Assembly (NCBI RefSeq): GCF_000010065.1 | Contig: NC_006576.1 | Span: 900,001-932,000 of the forward strand | Length of the DNA: 32,000 bases | Source of the DNA: Synechococcus elongatus PCC 6301 | Lineage (GTDB): Bacteria > Cyanobacteriota > Cyanobacteriia > Synechococcales > Synechococcaceae | Direction: 5' to 3' | Part shown: one piece after another, positions 27,614-32,000 of the stretch | Position numbering within the stretch: the first letter of the stretch is position 1 | Layout: each line of letters opens with the position of its first letter | Notes under the pieces: generated by a model | What the model saw: the letters and a program-made list of their open reading frames with translations, nothing else | Told to the model about the DNA's origin: nothing | The model's database searches: none | Translations under genes and position numbers: made by a program

Positions 27614-28071
27614 TCGGGACTGTACTGCCCTGCTTGGAGTCGCGCGATCGCGGCCTCTAATGGTTCAGGGAGCTGCCGAAGAATTCGTCCCCGTTGGCGA
27701 TCGACGGGAGCCAAAATCACCTGTGCTGTAGCGCAAACTTGGTCGGGCGACAGACAGATCTGACAATCCCAGACCAGCCGCACACCTTGACTCGGGCCCG
27801 TGCGCACCCGCACCAGCACAGACTCACCGAGGGCGATCGCACGGCGATAGCGAACCCCAAGATCTACTACGGGTAAATCGACGCCCAAGGCCACCAAATC
27901 TGAGAAGGCGACGCCCACCGATCGCAGACATTCCACTCGCGCCTCTTCTAGCCAAGCCAGATAGGTGCCATGCCAGACAATGCCTGCATAGTCGGTGTGA
28001 TGGGGCTGGACCCGCAAGGGATAGTCAAACCAAGGCGGTGCTACATTTTCAAGATTTATGTCAGCAGACAT
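27610..28071 (-). CDS. 4HBT/YbgC-type acyl-CoA thioesterase (possibly a DHNA-CoA hydrolase type)
   Basis: The hotdog-fold N-terminus is PLRVQPHHTDYAGIVWHGTYLAWLEEARVECLR. Its stop overlaps the DUF62 start by 4 nt. Confidence 0.8.
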   Translation of the reverse strand: MSADINLENVAPPWFDYPLRVQPHHTDYAGIVWHGTYLAWLEEARVECLRSVGVAFSDLVALGVDLPVVDLGVRYRRAIALGESVLVRVRTGPSQGVRLVWDCQICLSPDQVCATAQVILAPVDRQRGRILRQLPEPLEAAIARLQAGQYSPE

Positions 28072-28212
28072 GACGGCGTCTTTACGCGGTGCGAGGAATT
28101 CTCTCTCAAGAAATATTATGAAGAAGTGCAGGGGACGCAGTTAGCCTGCCCCGGCAGTCCCCGACGCAACCCTGCTCTGTGCTCTGTTAAACGACCCAAG
28201 GAGCTGTGGTTC

Positions 28213-29046
28213 ATGATTCAAAAAATCTTGCTCGCTGATTCTGGCACCGGCAACTCTGAGGAAATGCTCAAGCAGCTGCTGGAGATTCCGACTCTCAAGC
28301 AGGCCAGTATCTCAATTCTGCATGTAGTGCCCGGCCAAATTAGCCCTGAACAGCTAACTCAAAAATGGGAAGAAGGCGGCAAGCTACTCGCCACCGCCGT
28401 TCAGTCCCTCAAGCTCGATCCCACCAAGGTCAGCACCATCCTGCGCCAAGGTGATCCCAAAACGGTTGTCTGTCAGGTGGCGGAAGAGATCAACACTGAC
28501 TTGATCATCATGGGCTCGCGCGGTCTGAAGCGCCTGCAATCAATCCTGCAGAACTCGGTTAGTCAGTACGTGTTTCAGCTGTCGGCGAAACCAATGTTGT
28601 TGGTGCGCGACGACATCTACGTCAAACGCCTGAACCGGATTATGGTGGCGATCGATAAGTCAGAAGCAGCTCAAGAGGCTCTGAAACAAGCGATCGCCTT
28701 GGCTCGCGATATCAGCGGCGGCCAGCTGCTACTCTCTCATGTCACTAGCGGCCCGGCAGCAAGCAATCCCGAGGAAGATCCGATCTTGCAAGCAGCGGCA
28801 AAAACGGCTCGCCAACAGGGAATCGAGGTGAAACTGTTCACGGCTTCCAGTAATAAGGCCGGTGAAGCAATCTGTGCGATCGCGGCTGATGCGAATGCGG
28901 ATCTGCTGATTCTCGGCTCGCCCGATCGCCGTCCCACCATTGCCAAAGGCTTGCCGGATCTCGATCGCCTCTTGGGCGGCTCCATTTCTGACTACGTCCG
29001 CGTTTATGCGGATTGCCCCGTGCTGTTGACCCGCACCGCCGCTTAA
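28213..29046 (+). CDS. Tandem universal stress protein (two UspA domains)
   Basis: Start at ATG 28213 (MIQKILLADSG...), preceded by AAGGAG. Two repeats end in DLIIMGSRGL...SVSQYV and DLLILGSPDR...GGSISDYV. The track start at 27970 overlaps the divergent thioesterase. Confidence 0.85.
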   Translation: MIQKILLADSGTGNSEEMLKQLLEIPTLKQASISILHVVPGQISPEQLTQKWEEGGKLLATAVQSLKLDPTKVSTILRQGDPKTVVCQVAEEINTDLIIMGSRGLKRLQSILQNSVSQYVFQLSAKPMLLVRDDIYVKRLNRIMVAIDKSEAAQEALKQAIALARDISGGQLLLSHVTSGPAASNPEEDPILQAAAKTARQQGIEVKLFTASSNKAGEAICAIAADANADLLILGSPDRRPTIAKGLPDLDRLLGGSISDYVRVYADCPVLLTRTAA

Positions 29047-29074
29047 GACCCTGGCAGTCTCAGATTTAACAAGA

Positions 29075-29104
29075 CAAAGCCCGGCGAAAATTCGTCGGGC
29101 TTTT
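29075..29104. terminator. Bidirectional hairpin terminator between the usp gene and psbM
   Basis: A 9-bp stem GCCCGGCGA/TCGTCGGGC with loop AAAT is flanked by AAA upstream and TTTT downstream. It can serve both convergent genes. Confidence 0.6.
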
Positions 29105-29143
29105 AAAATGACTCATTGCGAAGACTCAGTTTGAGTCCAGCCT

Positions 29144-29251
29144 TTATTTCGCTTCGCGGCTTGCCGTCTGGATGTACAGGACGATCAAAAAGACGCTCGG
29201 CACGAGCACAAACAGCAGACTGGCAAGGAACCCAAGCTCGTTGACTTGCAT
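29144..29251 (-). CDS. psbM: Photosystem II reaction-centre protein M
   Basis: Not in the ORF track because it is under 60 aa. Manual translation gives [35 protein letters not shown] (35 aa), which closely matches the cyanobacterial PsbM consensus. Confidence 0.9.
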   Translation of the reverse strand: MQVNELGFLASLLFVLVPSVFLIVLYIQTASREAK

Positions 29252-29350
29252 AGCGACTCAGCCTCAGTAGTAGCAGTTCCGAAAAATTTTCTTCAGCCTA
29301 CCACCCTGGGCTCTCGTGCCCCCCAGTTTTTTGCAAAAGCTTGGCGTCCT

Positions 29351-29785
29351 TTAGGTCTCAGCTGTTGCGATCGACGGTGGATCGCCGGCCACTTCAGTCT
29401 CAGTTTGTGGCAGTGCAGGCGGCGCTGTTACCGGAATTGGCCGAGCTAAATCCTGAGCGATCAGAGTCTCGCGTTGGGCCTCTTTCGGGTTGGGTTTGGT
29501 CAACACCGTCACGGGTCCATTGACGGTCGCTTGGCAGGCAAGACGGTAGGAATCAGGCTTGCGCTTGAGCTTGCGCTCCTCAAAAGACGTACGGGGCGAG
29601 AGATTCTCAGCGCCCTGAACAATTTCGACGATGCAAGTCCCGCATTGGCCGTAGCCGCCGCAGTTCATCATCTTGCCGCCGAAGGTGTAGAGGTCCACTT
29701 GGTTCTCTACAGCTTTGAAGCGGAGGTTGGCCCCATCAGCGGCAAAGACCTCTTTGTCTTCACGGATAAAGCGAATGCTCGGCAT
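29351..29785 (-). CDS. 2Fe-2S ferredoxin-like protein with a Pro/Thr/Ala-rich C-terminal extension
   Basis: The Cys ligand pattern is [13 protein letters not shown]...RLACQ. It is 144 aa and divergent from psbB. Confidence 0.8.
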   Translation of the reverse strand: MPSIRFIREDKEVFAADGANLRFKAVENQVDLYTFGGKMMNCGGYGQCGTCIVEIVQGAENLSPRTSFEERKLKRKPDSYRLACQATVNGPVTVLTKPNPKEAQRETLIAQDLARPIPVTAPPALPQTETEVAGDPPSIATAET

Positions 29786-30121
29786 GGGGTTGGAGTCTCC
29801 TGCGGAAAGAGCAGAGGTAAATAAATATTAAAATCTGTTTCGGCAATGTCGCGAACTTTTAAGGCGTCTCCATAGCCCTTCGAGAGCTGAAATCGCAGCG
29901 ATCGCAGTTGTAACAAGTATTTCTACTCGCTTGCTGGGCTCTCTCACACTAGATACACTTCTTCAAGTCTTAGTCACGTCGCTGGAGACCGTCGGCCCTT
30001 AGCAAGGTGCTGTCTAGCTTGTTCAGAGGCGATCGCAGCCTTCCGGTAAGCTGGATTTTGGAATCCTAGAGTCGCAGCTGAGAGCACTCTGGCTAAAAAC
30101 CTTAGAGGAGGAGCGTAGTCG

Positions 30122-31648
30122 ATGGGACTACCCTGGTACCGTGTCCACACGGTCGTCCTCAATGATCCGGGACGACTGATTGCAGTGCACTTGATGCACA
30201 CTGCCCTCGTGGCAGGTTGGGCAGGTTCGATGGCTTTATACGAACTTGCCATTTTTGATCCTTCTGATGCCGTGCTGAACCCCATGTGGCGGCAAGGCAT
30301 GTTCGTGTTGCCGTTCATGGCGCGTTTGGGCGTCACCCAATCTTGGGGTGGCTGGAGCATCACCGGCGAAACCGCCGTGGATCCTGGCTATTGGAGCTTT
30401 GAAGGCGTCGCGATCGCCCACATCGTACTGTCGGGTCTGCTGTTCCTCGCAGCAGTCTGGCACTGGGTCTACTGGGACCTCGAACTCTTTACCGATCCCC
30501 GCACCGGCGAACCGGCCTTGGACCTGCCAAAAATGTTTGGCATCCACCTGTTCCTCTCCGGTCTTCTTTGCTTCGGCTTCGGTGCTTTCCACCTGTCTGG
30601 CCTCTGGGGCCCGGGGATGTGGGTCTCCGATCCCTACGGCTTGACCGGCCATGTCCAACCAGTTGCCCCGGCCTGGGGTCCTGAAGGCTTCAACCCCTTC
30701 AATCCGGGTGGCATTGTGGCTCACCACATTGCAGCCGGTGTCGTTGGCATCGTCGCAGGCCTCTTCCACCTGACGGTTCGTCCCCCCGAGCGCCTCTACA
30801 AAGCGCTGCGGATGGGCAACATCGAAACCGTCTTGTCGAGCTCCTTGGCAGCAGTCTTCTTCGCTGCTTTTGTGGTCGCTGGCACGATGTGGTACGGCAA
30901 CGCTGCCACGCCAGTCGAACTGTTTGGCCCAACTCGCTACCAGTGGGACCAAGGCTACTTCCGTCAGGAAATTGCCCGCCGGGTTGATACGGCTGTCGCC
31001 AGTGGCGCTTCTTTAGAGGAAGCTTGGAGCTCCATTCCTGAAAAACTGGCCTTCTATGACTACGTCGGCAACAGCCCTGCTAAAGGTGGCTTGTTCCGTA
31101 CCGGTCAGATGAACAAAGGTGACGGGATTGCCCAAGGCTGGCTCGGCCACGCTGTCTTCAAGGACAAAAATGGCGATGTGCTCGACGTCCGTCGCTTGCC
31201 GAACTTCTTCGAGAACTTCCCGATCGTCTTGACTGACAGCAAAGGTGCTGTGCGGGCAGACATTCCTTTCCGTCGTGCTGAAGCGAAATTCAGCTTCGAG
31301 GAAACCGGAATTACGGCTAGCTTCTACGGCGGTTCTCTGAATGGCCAAACCATCACTGATCCGGCGCAGGTGAAGAAATACGCCCGTAAGGCTCAGTTGG
31401 GTGAAGCGTTCGAATTCGACACCGAAACCCTTAACTCGGACGGTGTGTTCCGGACTTCGCCGCGTGGCTGGTTCACCTTTGGTCACGCCAGCTTTGCTCT
31501 GCTCTTCTTCTTTGGCCATATCTGGCACGGCTCTCGGACGCTGTTCCGCGATGTCTTTGCTGGGATTGAAGCCGACTTGGGCGAGCAGATTGAATTCGGG
31601 GCCTTCCAGAAATTGGGTGACCCGACCACTCGGAAAACAGCCGCTTAA
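30122..31648 (+). CDS. psbB: Photosystem II CP47 chlorophyll apoprotein
   Basis: 508 aa, starting [43 protein letters not shown]..., with AGAGGAGG upstream of the ATG. Confidence 0.98.
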   Translation: MGLPWYRVHTVVLNDPGRLIAVHLMHTALVAGWAGSMALYELAIFDPSDAVLNPMWRQGMFVLPFMARLGVTQSWGGWSITGETAVDPGYWSFEGVAIAHIVLSGLLFLAAVWHWVYWDLELFTDPRTGEPALDLPKMFGIHLFLSGLLCFGFGAFHLSGLWGPGMWVSDPYGLTGHVQPVAPAWGPEGFNPFNPGGIVAHHIAAGVVGIVAGLFHLTVRPPERLYKALRMGNIETVLSSSLAAVFFAAFVVAGTMWYGNAATPVELFGPTRYQWDQGYFRQEIARRVDTAVASGASLEEAWSSIPEKLAFYDYVGNSPAKGGLFRTGQMNKGDGIAQGWLGHAVFKDKNGDVLDVRRLPNFFENFPIVLTDSKGAVRADIPFRRAEAKFSFEETGITASFYGGSLNGQTITDPAQVKKYARKAQLGEAFEFDTETLNSDGVFRTSPRGWFTFGHASFALLFFFGHIWHGSRTLFRDVFAGIEADLGEQIEFGAFQKLGDPTTRKTAA

Positions 31649-31724
31649 GGTTGTGAATGGTTAGAGCGGTTTGGGTGATGCTCATTCCGCTCAGCTTTCT
31701 TGCTCTGACTATTGGCTCACGGTC

Positions 31725-31820
31725 ATGGAAAGTCTCGTCTACATCTTCGTTTTCGTTGTGGCACTGGGTGTGCTGTTCTTCGCGATCGCCTTCCGCGAAC
31801 CACCTCGAATCGGCAAATAA
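31725..31820 (+). CDS. psbT: Photosystem II protein T
   Basis: Not in the ORF track. Manual translation gives MESLVYIFVFVVALGVLFFAIAFREPPRIGK (31 aa), 76 nt downstream of psbB. This is the canonical psbB-psbT arrangement. Confidence 0.9.
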   Translation: MESLVYIFVFVVALGVLFFAIAFREPPRIGK

Positions 31821-32000
31821 CCCGCTACAACTGGCCTACAGCCCCGATGCGACTCTGAGTTTGTAGACCAGTTGACCGCTTAGACTCGTTGTTCCTAGCG
31901 ATCGCAGTTGTTCCTTTTGGAACCGCTTCGATTACACTATGGGGCAACGAGTCTTTGCTTTTAGGGTCGTCTCTGTTTCCGAATCCATGTCTCGGAAACA

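Noticed and set aside
27970-28212. 5' extension of the USP ORF
   Set aside because: It overlaps the divergent thioesterase gene. ATG 28213 has an AAGGAG ribosome-binding site and begins a canonical USP domain.
30236-30952. 238-aa minus-strand ORF, plus ORFs 29974..30363, 30699..30932 and 31013..31528
   Set aside because: They are antisense to or overlap psbB, whose identity is certain. They have Arg/Gly-rich, low-complexity-like composition typical of shadow frames.
31974-32000. 9-bp inverted repeat TGTTTCCGA...TCGGAAACA at the right edge, with an ATG at 31987
   Set aside because: It is truncated by the window edge. I cannot tell whether it is a terminator, an operator or the start of the next gene.

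Overview
The window looks cyanobacterial. The HIP1 octamer GCGATCGC is scattered throughout, and photosystem II genes psbB, psbT and psbM are present. Gene content and order fit a Synechococcus elongatus-like chromosome, but that is inference from memory and was not checked.

The window has two parts. (A) 1..~9560 is one arm of an integrated prophage-like or satellite-like element. It ends at a tyrosine integrase next to the 3' end of tRNA-Leu(CAA) and continues past the left edge. On the minus strand it carries a translationally coupled replication module: SF2 helicase, VRR-NUC nuclease, and a P4-type zinc-ribbon primase that is missing from the ORF track because it runs off the edge. It also has an AT-richer block of orphan ORFs with unusual overlaps, and a candidate promoter-plus-terminator unit that could make a ~105 nt antisense sRNA. 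A long plus-strand operon of tightly coupled genes follows: a RecT-like protein, several small unknowns, a multi-HTH protein, dCTP deaminase and an excisionase-like HTH. (B) ~9561..32000 is ordinary core chromosome: murA flanked by two divergent tRNA-Leu genes, a cell-wall amidase, ispG, a Ctp protease, carB, an ABC1 kinase, a PLP decarboxylase, cbiT, a transglutaminase-like gene plus a Vat-type acetyltransferase, dprA, a DUF62 SAM hydrolase, a thioesterase, a tandem USP, psbM, a 2Fe-2S ferredoxin, and psbB-psbT.

I saw no CRISPR array, IS element or rRNA. The most likely home for anything undescribed is the orphan block and candidate sRNA at 2206..3844. I cannot assign it a function from sequence alone. 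All homology calls rest on motif recognition by eye, with no database search.
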